In this document: piece after piece, positions 19,788-30,360 of the stretch
How the letters are laid out: each line of letters opens with the position of its first letter
Position numbering within the stretch: the first letter of the stretch is position 1
Assembly (NCBI GenBank): GCA_963734545.1
Contig: CAVTHO010000003.1
Location: forward strand, 128,001 to 192,000
From: an uncultured Spirochaetota bacterium
Lineage (GTDB): Bacteria; Spirochaetota; Spirochaetia; SZUA-6; Fen-1364
Length of the DNA stretch: 64,000 nucleotides
Reading direction: 5' to 3'
The notes under the pieces: generated by a model
Database searches by the model: none
The model's input: the letters and a program-made list of their open reading frames with translations, nothing else
Told to the model about the DNA's origin: nothing
Position numbers and translations under genes: made by a program

Positions 19788-22059
19788 GCAGCGAAAAACT
19801 GCATGTGGTCGGCGCGCGCGTGCGAAAGGTCGACGGCCGTGAGCTCGTGACGGGCCGGGCGAGGTTTGCCGGGGACATGAAGCTGCCCGGGCATGCTGCA
19901 CGGGTGTGCCGTCCGGTCGAATGTCCCGGCCGGCACGATCACCCGCGTCGACACGCGCGCAGCAATGCAGCAGCCCGATGTCCTCGCCGTGCTGACGGGC
20001 GGGGACATACCGGGGCCGAACATGATCGGGATCCTTCCGCCCTTCGACCAGCCCGTCCTGGCAACCGAGGTAATCCGCTACGCCGGAGAGTCTGTTGCGC
20101 TCGTCGTTGCCCGGACCCACGGCGCGGCCAGGAAAGCAGCGCGCCTGGTGAAGCTCGAGATCGAGCCGCTGGAGCCGCTCCTCACGATAGACGCGGCGCT
20201 GAAGGAAGGCGCCCGCAGGATACATGAGAAGGGCAATGTGACCTGCCGCGAGAATCTCGTGAAGGGGGACGTGGAGAAAGGTTTTCGGGAGGCTGACCTC
20301 GTGGTGGAGGGCACATTCGAGACCTCCCACCAGGAGCACGGATACATCGAGCCCGAGGCGGCCCTTGCCGTGCCGGTGCCGGGCGGGCGGGTCACCGTGT
20401 ACGCATCCTGCCAGTCCCCGTTCCACCTGCGCGGTCACATCGCGGCCAATCTCGCCATCCCCGCGGCGCGAGTCAGGGTCGTGCAGGCGTACACCGGCGG
20501 CTCCTTCGGCGGCAAGGATGACGTGGCCACGGAGATCGGGATCCTGGCCGCGGTGGCCGCGCGCAGGCTCGACAGGCCCGTCATGATCGCGCACGAGCGG
20601 GAGGAGTCGATCATCGGATCCAACCTGCGGCACGCCTCGCGCATCCACATCGCCACGGCGGCGAGGAAGGACGGGACCATCGTCGCCCGCCGGATAGAGG
20701 TGCTCCTTGACGGCGGCGCATACGCCTCTGAAAGCCCTTTTGTGACGACGAAAACCCTGGTGCACGCGGCGGGGCCGTACCTGATCCCGAACGTGCTCGT
20801 GCGAGTCCACCGCGGTCTACACGAACAAGACCTACTGCGGCGCGTGCCGGGGCTTCGGCGTGCCCCAGGTCACGTTCGCCTCAGAATCGAACATGGACGA
20901 GCTTGCGCTGAAGCTCGGCATCGATCCCCTTGAGCTGCGCCTGAAGAACGCCTTGAAACCGGGAGATGCAACGGCCACGGGGCAGACCTACGACCGGTCC
21001 GTGGGCCTCGTGGACACGATGCGCGCAATCGAGGCCCGCAGGCGCGAGCTCGTGCTCCCCCGCGCGCGGTGACGACCAGTGGCTCTATGGCCGCGGCGTT
21101 GCCTGCCTGCTCCAGGGCATCTCCAACGGCGCCGAAGGCGTGGACGTGGTGGGCGCGAGCGTGCAGGTCTCCCAGGACGGGAGCGCGCTCGTGAGCGTGG
21201 GGCTTGCCGACATGGGGCAGGGGGCGCGCACCGTGTGCACCCAGATCGTGTCCGAGATCCTCGGCATCTCCCTCTCGAAGATCACGGCCGGGCAGGTGGA
21301 CACGGACCTTGTGCACGACTCGGGGCCCACGGTCGCCTCGCGCAACACCACGGTGGGCGGCATGGCGGTACAGATGGCGGCTGCCGAGGTGAAGAAGTCC
21401 CTCGTCGTCCATGGCCGCCCGGATGTTCAAGGTCGAGGAATCGCTGGTCCTTTTGCAGCGACGATTTCGCGGTTCTTTCGGTCGACCGGAATGCCCGCAT
21501 TCCACTGAAAGACGTGGCCACTGCCGCCTACTGGACGGGGTATCCCCTCATGCACCTCGCTTTCTCCAAGGCGCCGGATGCGGTGTTCGACCACGAGACC
21601 CACCAGGGCAGCGTCTATATCGCCTACAATTTCGGCACTCACCTCATCGATCTGCGGATCGACCGGCACACGGGAAAGGTGGAAGTGCTGCGACACCTGG
21701 CCTGTCACGACGTGGGGAAGGTGATCAACCCGCTGGGTCTGGAAGGCCAGATCGAGGGAGGCTCCCTGTTCGGGTTCGGGCTGGCGCACATGGAAGAGGT
21801 GCTGTTCCGCGACGGCCGTGTGCTGAATGCCAATTTCGCGGACTACGCGCTGCCCTCGATCAAGGACCGGCTTCCGACCGAGGCGATGACGGTGGAAGAC
21901 TTCAATCCGACCGGCCCCTTCGGCGCCAAGGGCGTGGGGGAGCCGCCCGTGGCAGGGGCGGCAGCGGCTTTCGCCAATGCGGTGGCGGATGCCACGGGCA
22001 TCCGTTTCAGGAGACTGCCCATCACGCGGCAGGAGATACTCCTGGGGCTCAGGAGGTAG
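19784..22059 (+). CDS. Xanthine dehydrogenase/aldehyde oxidoreductase family molybdopterin subunit (about 4 frameshifts)
   Basis: QEHGYIEP, GGSFGGK, RGFGVPQ, MGQG, VASR, GQIEGG, GAKGVGEPP across ORFs 19893, 20860, 20966, 21079. Confidence 0.9.
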
Positions 22060-22063
22060 GAAA

Positions 22064-23443
22064 ATGGCGATGCTCATCAAGAACGGGCTCGTGGTGACCT
22101 TCGCTCCGGACGCGCTGCAGGGCGCCGTCATAGAGAACGGGGCCGTGGCGGTGGAAGGCGGCACGATCGTGGCTGTCGGGGAGACCCGGGATCTCGTGTG
22201 CCGGTATCCGCGCGCGGCGCCCGTGCTGGATGCATCCGGCAGAATCGTCATGCCGGGATTCATCATGACGCACACCCACATGCCGTACGTGCTCGGGCAC
22301 AACATGCCGGTGGACTTCAGCAAGCTGCGGAGCTTCTGGGACATGCTGCAGAAGATGGGGTGGGAGTGGCTGGAGGACATCACGACGCCGGAAGGCATCC
22401 ACGCGGCGACCCTGTACGCGGCAATGAAGATGCTCAAGACCGGGACGACGACGGTGTGCGAGCTCGTCGAAGGCCCGCATGCCATCCCCGGCGCGCTTTC
22501 CGCCAGCGCGCGCGCCATCGAGCAGGTGGGCATCCGGGCACAGCTCGGTTTCGAGGTCACCGAGCGGATCCCGGGCGTTTCGATACTGGAGAAGCTGGAC
22601 AAGGGGCAGGCGGACAAGGCGTTCGAGGAAAACCTCGGTCTCCTCGCGCGCTATCCCGCGGGAGGGAAGAATCGGATACAGGGAAGGCTCGGCGTGCACA
22701 CGGCGTTCACCAATTCCTTCGAGACGCTGAAGAAGGCCCGGCGCATCGCCGACGACGCCCGGTGCGGAATCCAGATCCACGTGGCCGAAATCCCCCGCGC
22801 ATTCCTGGTGGAGAAGTACGGCAAGTCGGCGCCCATGGTGCTGGAAGAACAGGGCGTCCTGGGGCCCGACGTGGTGGCGGCGCACTGCATCGATCTCTCG
22901 GACGAGGACCTCGAGATACTCAGGCGGAACCGGGTGAACGTGTCCCACACGCCCATGACGAACTCGCTGGGCGGCAACGGGGTGGCACGAATTCCTGAAA
23001 TGCTGAAAGCCGGAATGAACGTGAGCATCGGTCATGACTGCTTCTTCACCCTGGACGCATCGGAATACATCCGCTATGCCTACCTGCTGCACAAGGCCCA
23101 CAACGCGAATCCCGGGCTCATTCCGCCGTTCCAGGCCCTGGACATGGCCATGGGCAACGCGGCGCGCGCATTGGGGCTGGGGGACAGGATCGGAAGCCTT
23201 GCCCCGGGGAAATGCGCGGACATCCTCATCGTGCAGCCGGACAGCCCGTCGCCCGTGGTCCCTTCGTCGGTCATGTCGTGGTTCACCATGACGTTCCAGG
23301 GCAGGGACGTGGAAACGGTGATCGTGGACGGGCAGATCGTGGTGAAGGAACGGAGAATGACCACGGTGAACGAGGACGACGTGCGGGCCGGGTGCGGGGA
23401 GCAGGCGCGCCTCCTCTGGCGCAGAAACGGGATACAGGTGTGA
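22064..23443 (+). CDS. Amidohydrolase (SsnA/cytosine-guanine-pterin deaminase-like, COG0402)
   Basis: MPGFIMTHTH, HVAE, AAHC, GHD metal ligands, GSLAPGKCAD. Confidence 0.88.
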   Translation: MAMLIKNGLVVTFAPDALQGAVIENGAVAVEGGTIVAVGETRDLVCRYPRAAPVLDASGRIVMPGFIMTHTHMPYVLGHNMPVDFSKLRSFWDMLQKMGWEWLEDITTPEGIHAATLYAAMKMLKTGTTTVCELVEGPHAIPGALSASARAIEQVGIRAQLGFEVTERIPGVSILEKLDKGQADKAFEENLGLLARYPAGGKNRIQGRLGVHTAFTNSFETLKKARRIADDARCGIQIHVAEIPRAFLVEKYGKSAPMVLEEQGVLGPDVVAAHCIDLSDEDLEILRRNRVNVSHTPMTNSLGGNGVARIPEMLKAGMNVSIGHDCFFTLDASEYIRYAYLLHKAHNANPGLIPPFQALDMAMGNAARALGLGDRIGSLAPGKCADILIVQPDSPSPVVPSSVMSWFTMTFQGRDVETVIVDGQIVVKERRMTTVNEDDVRAGCGEQARLLWRRNGIQV

Positions 23444-23454
23444 AGGAAGCTCGC

Positions 23455-24649
23455 GTGGCGGTGGATTTGAAGACCGAGTTCTGCGGGCTCTCGTTCAGGA
23501 ACCCGCTCATTGTTCCTGCCGGCGTGCACGGCAGGGACGGGCCGACGATCGCCGCGGTGAGCAGAAGCGGTGTTGCCGGCATCTGCACGAAGACCATCGT
23601 GTCGCGGCCTGCTCCGGATGTGCTGCCCTGCTTCACCGAGGTGAAATCAGGCATGCTCAATGCCGTGTTCGGCTCGGACAGGACCGCCTCGTACTGGTTT
23701 ACCGAGGGGATCAAGCGGGCCAGGGAAGGGGAAGCGCTCGTCATTGCCAATCTGGCGGGCTTTTCCCCCGACGAGGCCGCGGAGCTCGCGGGCAAGGCAG
23801 CGGCGGCAGGCGCGGACATGATCGAGATCCCCACCCATTGCCCGCACATGGGCGAGATCCTCATGGCGATGTATCCGGGCCTGCGAGATGCCGGAGCCGA
23901 AGCTCACCGACCTGGAGCCCATGAAGCTCTCCGTGAAGCTCGTGAAGAAGGCCGTGAAAATCCCCGTGGTCATCAAGCTTTCCGGTACCTTCTCGCACAT
24001 CGTGAAGGAGTGGGCCGTCGGGGTGAAAGAGGCGGGCGCGGACGGGATCGCGTGCTCGGACGCGCTCGGTCCCGGCCTGAGCATCGACATCCGCACGGGG
24101 CAGCCCTCCCTGGGAGGTCCGCGCGGCGTGGGCGGCCTGACCGGGCCTGCCATCATGCCCATCACGCTGCGCATGGTCCTGGAGATCGCCGCGAGCGTCG
24201 ACCTGCCGATCATCGGCGTGGGCGGCGTGCAGACCGCCGCCGACATGGTGCAGTACATCATGGCCGGCGCCACGCTGGTCGGGGTATGCACGGCCGGACA
24301 CATGAACGGTCCGGGCCGCTACACCCGCATCCTGCGGGACCTCGCACAGCTCCTGGCCGAGCTCGGCGTCCGTTCCCCGGCGGAGCTGCGCGGGCTCACC
24401 CTGCGGAGGATCCGGGAACGCGGGGAAAAGAGTCAGGCCGCCGTGACGACACCTGTGCCGCCCGTGGTGGACGAGGAGAAGTGCACGGCGTGCGGCAGGT
24501 GCCAGGAGGTATGCGCGTATGACGCCATGCGCGTGAACGGCAAGGCGCACGTCGAGCCGCGGACCTGCATCGGGTGCGGGCTCTGCGTAAGCGCGTGCCC
24601 GGTGGACGCGCTCTCACAGGACTACTACATTTCCGAGGGTGGCGCGTGA
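23455..24649 (+). CDS. Dihydroorotate/dihydropyrimidine dehydrogenase-like (PreA-type) FMN enzyme with C-terminal 2x[4Fe-4S] domain (frameshift near 23885)
   Basis: CTKTI, THCPH, PVVIKL, GGLTG, IIGVGG; CTACGRC..C and CIGCGLC..CP. Confidence 0.85.
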
Positions 24650-24713
24650 GCGTTGATTCCGGTTTTCATCACGGCTTTGTTAAGGCCGTCTTCAGTTTGC
24701 GGAGGAGGTCGAT

Positions 24714-25730
24714 ATGAAGAAGAGACTCGTGTGTGTCGTGGTCGCGGTCTTCAGCATCATGCTGGCGGCGCCGCTGTTCGCGGCGCCGGTCAGCCTCGCC
24801 ATCTTCGTCCCGGGCGTGGCGGCGGGCAGCCCCCTGTACGAGCAGATGGTAAGCGGCGCGCAGAAGGCGGCCGCGGAGTATCCCGACATGACCCTGAAGG
24901 TCGTGGAGGCCGGGTTCAACCAGGCGGAATGGCCCGAAAAGATGACGTCCCTCGCGGCAACGGGTGAGTACACCTACATCCTCACCTCGAACCCGTCGAT
25001 GCCCTTCATCTGCGCGGACGTGGCAAAGAGCTTCCCGCAGCAGAAGTTCATCGTGATGGACGGCTACCTTCCTCCCGGCAATCCGCAGTTCTACACCCTG
25101 ATGTACAACCAGGTGGAGCAGGGCTACTTCGCCGGCTACCTCGCGGGGCTCGTGACCAAGAGCAAAATGAAGGGCGCGACGCCGGACCTGAAGGTGGGCG
25201 CGATCGTGGCGCAGGAATACCCGGCGCTCACCAAGGAGATGATTCCCGGCTACACGCAGGGCTTCAAGGCGGTGGACCCGAAGATCACCCTCGACTACCG
25301 GGTGGTCGGCAACTGGTATGACGCCAACAAGGGCGCCGACCTGGCGAACAGCATGATGGATGCCGGCGTGGACGTGATCCTCGCGATCGCCGGCGGGGCG
25401 GGGCAGGGCATCATCAAGGCGGCGCAGGAGCGCGGGCGCTACGTCGTGTACTTCGACAGCAACGCGTACGCGATCGCCCCGGGGACGATCGTCGGGTGCG
25501 CGACGCTGGACCAGAACCGGGCCGTCTACGAGACCCTGAAGAAGGCCCTGCAGGGGACGCTCGCTTTCGGCACGGCCGACGTGGTGAACGCCAAGGCGGG
25601 GTACGTGGATTTCGCGGACAACGACCCGCTGTACACGAAGAATGTCCCGGCGGACGTGCGCGCAAAGATGACGGATCTCATGAAGAAGTTCCGCTGCGGC
25701 GCCATGAGCCTTCCGGTTCCCCCGATGTAG
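24714..25730 (+). CDS. BMP-family ABC substrate-binding protein resembling riboflavin-binding RfuA
   Basis: Signal peptide; AIFVPG..SPLY, EAGFNQAEW, SNP, YNQVEQ, RVVGNWYDANK, DPLY segments match my recollection of Treponema RfuA (TP0298); needs alignment. Confidence 0.8.
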   Translation: MKKRLVCVVVAVFSIMLAAPLFAAPVSLAIFVPGVAAGSPLYEQMVSGAQKAAAEYPDMTLKVVEAGFNQAEWPEKMTSLAATGEYTYILTSNPSMPFICADVAKSFPQQKFIVMDGYLPPGNPQFYTLMYNQVEQGYFAGYLAGLVTKSKMKGATPDLKVGAIVAQEYPALTKEMIPGYTQGFKAVDPKITLDYRVVGNWYDANKGADLANSMMDAGVDVILAIAGGAGQGIIKAAQERGRYVVYFDSNAYAIAPGTIVGCATLDQNRAVYETLKKALQGTLAFGTADVVNAKAGYVDFADNDPLYTKNVPADVRAKMTDLMKKFRCGAMSLPVPPM

Positions 25731-25794
25731 AGAGGACGATTCCGATCGTGCGGGGGAGCAATCCCCCGCACGCTCCGGAACGCGCGAGGGACTG

Positions 25795-27349
25795 ATGCCG
25801 TACCTGGAGATGCGGGGCATATCGAAGCTCTACCCGAATGACCTTCTGGCCAACGATGCCATCGATTTCTCCGTGGAGAAGAACGAGATCCATGCCATCG
25901 TCGGCGAGAACGGAGCGGGCAAGACGACTCTCATGAAGATCCTCTACGGCCTGGAGCAGCCGGATGCGGGCTCCCTCACGCTCGCAGGGAACCCGGTCAC
26001 GATCCGCAGCCCCCTGGACGCCAACCGGCTCGGGATCGGCATGGTCCACCAGCATTTCAAGCTCATCCCGGAGTTCACGGTCGCGGAGAACGTCGTTCTG
26101 GGCATCGAGCCGCGAAAGAACCTCCTGTTCGTGGACAGAAGCGCCGCCGCGGAGCGCATCCGCGAAGTGATTGCGAGCCACGGGTTCAGCATCGATCCGC
26201 GCGCGCGCGTGCTGAACCTGACCGTCGGCCAGATGCAGCAGGTGGAGATCGTCAAGATGCTCTACCGCAGGGCGGACCTCCTCATCCTGGACGAGCCCAC
26301 CTCGGTGCTCACCGAGCAGGAGATCCACAAGCTCTTCGAGACCCTGCGCAGCCTCCAGAGGAACGGGAAGACCTGCATCATCATCACGCACAAGCTGCAG
26401 GAGGTGATGGAGATCTCGGACCGGGTCACCGTGATGCGCAAGGGGAAGGTCGTCGCCGTCCGGGAGACCGCGGAAGTGGACAAGGCGGAGCTGTCACGCC
26501 TCATGGTCGGCAAGAGCGTGCTCTTCCAGTTCGAGCGGGCCAGGAAGGCGTGCGGGGACGCCGTGCTCGAGCTGGTGGACGTGACCCTGAAGCAGCGCGG
26601 CAGGGACCGGGCGCTCCTGGACGGGATCAACCTCACGGTCCGCTCGTGCGAGATAGTCGGGGTGGCGGGGGTCAGCGGAAACGGGCTCGGCGAGCTGGAG
26701 GACGCGGTGGCGGGCCTGCGCCGGATCACCAGCGGAAGGATCCTTCACAATGGGGAGGACATCTGCCGGTCTTTCTCCTGCCACGCTGCGCGAGCGGGGG
26801 TTCGCGTACGTCCCCGCCGACAGGCTGCGGCGCGGCTCGAGCCTCCAGTCCACGGTCACGGAAAACATGATCGTGACCAGCCACCACCGTTTCCTTCGGG
26901 CGGGGTTCCTCAAGGGGGGAAAGATCCAGCAATTCGCGGAACGCCTGACAAAAAGCTTTTCGATCGACGGGGCCCCCCGGGCGCCCATCGGTACTCTTTC
27001 GGGCGGCAACATCCAGAAGGTGATCCTCGCGCGCGAGCTCGCCACTGCCTCCAATCTCGTCATCGTGTCCGAGCCCACGTGGGGGCTGGACGTGGCGAGC
27101 AGCCAGTTCGTCTACGAGAAGATCCTGGAGATGCGCAAGGGGGGTGCCGGGATTCTCTTCATCTCCTCCAACCTCGACGAGATACTCGGCATCGCGGACA
27201 GCATCGCGGTGATGTACCGGGGCCGGGTCGTCGCGTTCCTGCCGAATGTCCCGGACCTCACCAAGGAGCGGATCGGGGAATACATGCTGGGTCTGCGGGA
27301 CGATTTCGCCCCCGAGGGCGGCCCGCAGAAGAAGGATGCGCAGCCGTGA
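25795..27349 (+). CDS. ABC transporter tandem ATPase (CUT2/nucleoside type, RfuB-like; frameshift near 26765)
   Basis: GENGAGKTT, ILDEPT, second domain LSGGNIQK. Confidence 0.92.
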
Positions 27350-28392
27350 AGGAAAAGAGGAATCTCGGCGCGCTGTTCACCGGGTTCACCGGCCTGGCGC
27401 TCACGCTCCTGCTCTCGTTCGGGCTGGTCATCGGGCTCGTCTTCCTGCTCAGCAGGACGCCGGGCCGCACCCTCTACTACTTCTTCGTCGGCGCGTTCAC
27501 CAACAAGTACTACCTGGGAAACATGCTGAACGTCGCCGTTCCGCTCGTCTTCACCGGCCTCGGGATCTCTGTTGCGTTCAAGTCGTCCGTGTTCAACCTC
27601 GGGGGTGAGGGGCAGATCTACGCCGGGGGCCTTGCCGCCACGGCCGTCTGCCTGGCCCTGCCCGCGGCCAATGGCTACCTCGGCGGGTTCACCGCGCTGG
27701 CGGGGGCAGTGGTGCTTTCCGGGGGCATCGCCGGATTGTCGGGGTTTTTCCGGATGAAGTGGAACACGGATGAAATGATCTCCTCGTTCCTCCTCTCCTC
27801 CGCGGTCGTCCTCGTCGTGAACTATTTCATCACGGGCCCCCTCGACGACCCGAAGAACAATCTCCTTGCCACGCTGGCCATCGGACCGCAGTACGGGCTC
27901 CTGAGGATATTCCCTCCGTCGAAGCTCAATGTCAGCGCCTTCTTCGCCCTTGCGGCGGCCCTGGCAGTGTTTTTCTTCATGTACAAGAGCCACGCGGGAT
28001 ACGAGATGCGGATGTGCGGGCTCAACCGCGAGTTTTCCCGCTACGGCGGCATCAACGTGTCCAAGTACCTCGTGCTTCCCATGATCATGAGCGGCGCCCT
28101 GCACGGGCTGGGGGGAGGCCTCATGGTGCTCGGCACCTACGGGGCGACGATCGAGGGCTACTCCTTCGGCATGGGCTGGAACGGGATCGCCGTGGCGCTC
28201 ATTGCGAAGAACAACCCGCTCGGCGTGATCCCCGCCGCATTCCTGTTCGCCTATCTCGACGCCGGGGCAAAGGCCGCGATGCTCAACTCGGACGTCACGT
28301 TCGAGATCGCGGCGATCGCCCAGTCGTTCATATTCTATTTCGTGACCGCGCAGGCCCTCTACGGCTTGACGCGAAGGCGGAGAAGGGCATGA
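27346..28392 (+). CDS. ABC transporter permease (RfuC-like)
   Basis: FNLGGEGQ, GWNGIAVALIA, multiple TM helices; GTGA overlap with ATPase stop. Confidence 0.9.
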   Translation: MKEKRNLGALFTGFTGLALTLLLSFGLVIGLVFLLSRTPGRTLYYFFVGAFTNKYYLGNMLNVAVPLVFTGLGISVAFKSSVFNLGGEGQIYAGGLAATAVCLALPAANGYLGGFTALAGAVVLSGGIAGLSGFFRMKWNTDEMISSFLLSSAVVLVVNYFITGPLDDPKNNLLATLAIGPQYGLLRIFPPSKLNVSAFFALAAALAVFFFMYKSHAGYEMRMCGLNREFSRYGGINVSKYLVLPMIMSGALHGLGGGLMVLGTYGATIEGYSFGMGWNGIAVALIAKNNPLGVIPAAFLFAYLDAGAKAAMLNSDVTFEIAAIAQSFIFYFVTAQALYGLTRRRRRA

Positions 28393-29300
28393 GCGGCAAC
28401 TCTCCGTTCTCCATTCCCCTCATCCACAACGCGGTGGACATCATGACGCCGTTCCTGCTCGCCGGGATCGGCGGGCTCTTCACGGAGCTGGCCGGGATGC
28501 TGAACATCGCGCTCGAAGGGCTCATCCTGACCGGAGCCTTCTTCAGCATCGTGTTCGCGGCCGCCACCGGCAACCTGCTCCTGGGGATCCTCCTCGGGAT
28601 CCTGTGCGCAATGGCGCTTGCCTGGATGTTCGGGGCCGTCACCCTGTACATGCGGGCCAACGTCTTCATCACCGGTCTCGCCACGAATCTCTTCGCGTCC
28701 GGGTTCACCATCGTGCTCGCTTTCCAGCTCTTCAAGACAAAAGGGGTCATCCAGTTCCCGGGGATTCCGAAGCTTCCCGCCCTCGTTGTTCCCCCGTTTC
28801 TCCAGAAAATACCGGTGGTGGGAGATGTCCTCTTCGGGCACAACGTGATCGTCTACCTCACCTGGGCCATCGTGCTGCTGTCCGCCCTGGTCATCTACCG
28901 TACGCCGTTCGGGCTTCGACTCCGCGGCACCGGTCTGAATTCCGCCACGGTCGTGTCTCTCGGTCTCAATCCCAAACGCTACCAGATGGCCGGCATCCTG
29001 ATCTCCGGCCTGACCTGCGGCCTGGCCGGCGCCATGCTCACCATCGAGCTGGCAGCATTCGTGCCCGAGATATCCTCGGGCCGGGGATGGATCGCCCTGG
29101 TGGCCATCTATCTGGGCAACAAGACGCCGTGGGGGATCTTCATCGCTTCGTTCGTGTTCGGCCTGGCGGAGAGTTTTTCGAACTACGCCCAGGGCGCCAT
29201 CAAGGTGCCGGTGGACTTCATCCTGGCCCTGCCGTACGTCATCACGGTGGTCGCAATGATCATCTATTCCATGTTCCGCCATTTCCGCTCGCGGGGATGA
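28389..29300 (+). CDS. ABC transporter permease (RfuD-like)
   Basis: GMLNIALEG, GRGWIAL, ALPYVIT. Confidence 0.9.
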   Translation: MSGNSPFSIPLIHNAVDIMTPFLLAGIGGLFTELAGMLNIALEGLILTGAFFSIVFAAATGNLLLGILLGILCAMALAWMFGAVTLYMRANVFITGLATNLFASGFTIVLAFQLFKTKGVIQFPGIPKLPALVVPPFLQKIPVVGDVLFGHNVIVYLTWAIVLLSALVIYRTPFGLRLRGTGLNSATVVSLGLNPKRYQMAGILISGLTCGLAGAMLTIELAAFVPEISSGRGWIALVAIYLGNKTPWGIFIASFVFGLAESFSNYAQGAIKVPVDFILALPYVITVVAMIIYSMFRHFRSRG

Positions 29301-29333
29301 GGCGGCCGACAGCCGAGTGAGAGGAGCTACGAT

Positions 29334-30360
29334 ATGAAAGCAGCCGTCCTGACCGCGCCGGAGAAGATCGAGATACAGGACATCGAGAAGCCGGTCCTCA
29401 AGGGGAACGAGATCCTCGTGAAGCTGAAGAACTGCGGCATCTGCACCCTCGAGCAGAGGCTCTACACGGGGGCGGTCAAGATCCGGTTCCCCATCGTTCC
29501 CGGACACGAGGCATCCGGGGAGGTCGTCCAGGTCGGCAGCGAGGTGAACTCCGACATCGCCGTCGGGACCCGCGTGGCGCTCGACCTCGTCCTGCGCTGC
29601 GGCGAATGCTACTACTGCCGCACCGGGCAGTCGAACATGTGCCTGAACCGGTTCAAGAAGGACGCGAAGGTGCTCGGCGGCTTCGGGGAGTACGTCGCCG
29701 TGGCCGCGACCCAGGTATTCCCCATCCCTGCCTCGCTCTCATTCGAGGAGGCCGCCTTTGCCGAGCCGCTTTCCTGCTGCGTCCGCTCGCTCAAGAAAAT
29801 CGGGCTGCACCTGGCGGAAGACCTCCTCATCATCGGGGCGGGACCCATGGGGCAGATGCACCTGCAGGTGGCCCTCTGCATGGGGGCCCGGGTATTCGTC
29901 TCGGATCCTGATACATCCCGCCTGGCCATGGCGAAGAGGCTGGGCGCATTCGCCGCAATCGACCCCGGCAGCATGGATCTCATCGGCATCATCAAGGAGC
30001 ACACGGAGGGCCGCGGCGTGGACGCGTGCGTCATCACGAGCGCCGCGCACGTTGCCCTCAACACGGCGTTCGAGTCGATCTGCAAGAACGGGCGGGTGAA
30101 CATCTACACCTCCTACACGGACAAGCCGTCGATTCCCGTCGACGCGAATACCCTTCACCGGACCGAACAGACCATCACCGGGCAGCGAGGGAAGGACGGA
30201 GCAGGATTTCCTCCAGGCGGTGCGCCTCCTCTCCTTCGGAAAGGTGGACGTGAAGCCGCTCATCAGCGGCACGGTGGGGTACCCGCAGCTGGTGAGCGGC
30301 ATCCTGGCAGCGATGACGCCGAAAACCTACCGGGTGCTCCTGGAACACGAAGGCGGCTGA
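29334..30360 (+). CDS. Zn-dependent polyol/alcohol dehydrogenase (frameshift near 30181)
   Basis: CGIC, GHE, CGECYYC..C, GAGPMG; true C-terminus GSEGRTEQDF..ends TGA 30360. Confidence 0.88.

Noticed and set aside
21070-21072. TGA in the Mo subunit as possible selenocysteine
   Set aside because: Homology continues in a different frame (GDDQWLYGRG), so it is a frameshift, not readthrough
24650-24713. FMN riboswitch before the RfuA-like gene
   Set aside because: Intergenic space is too short and no RFN consensus is visible
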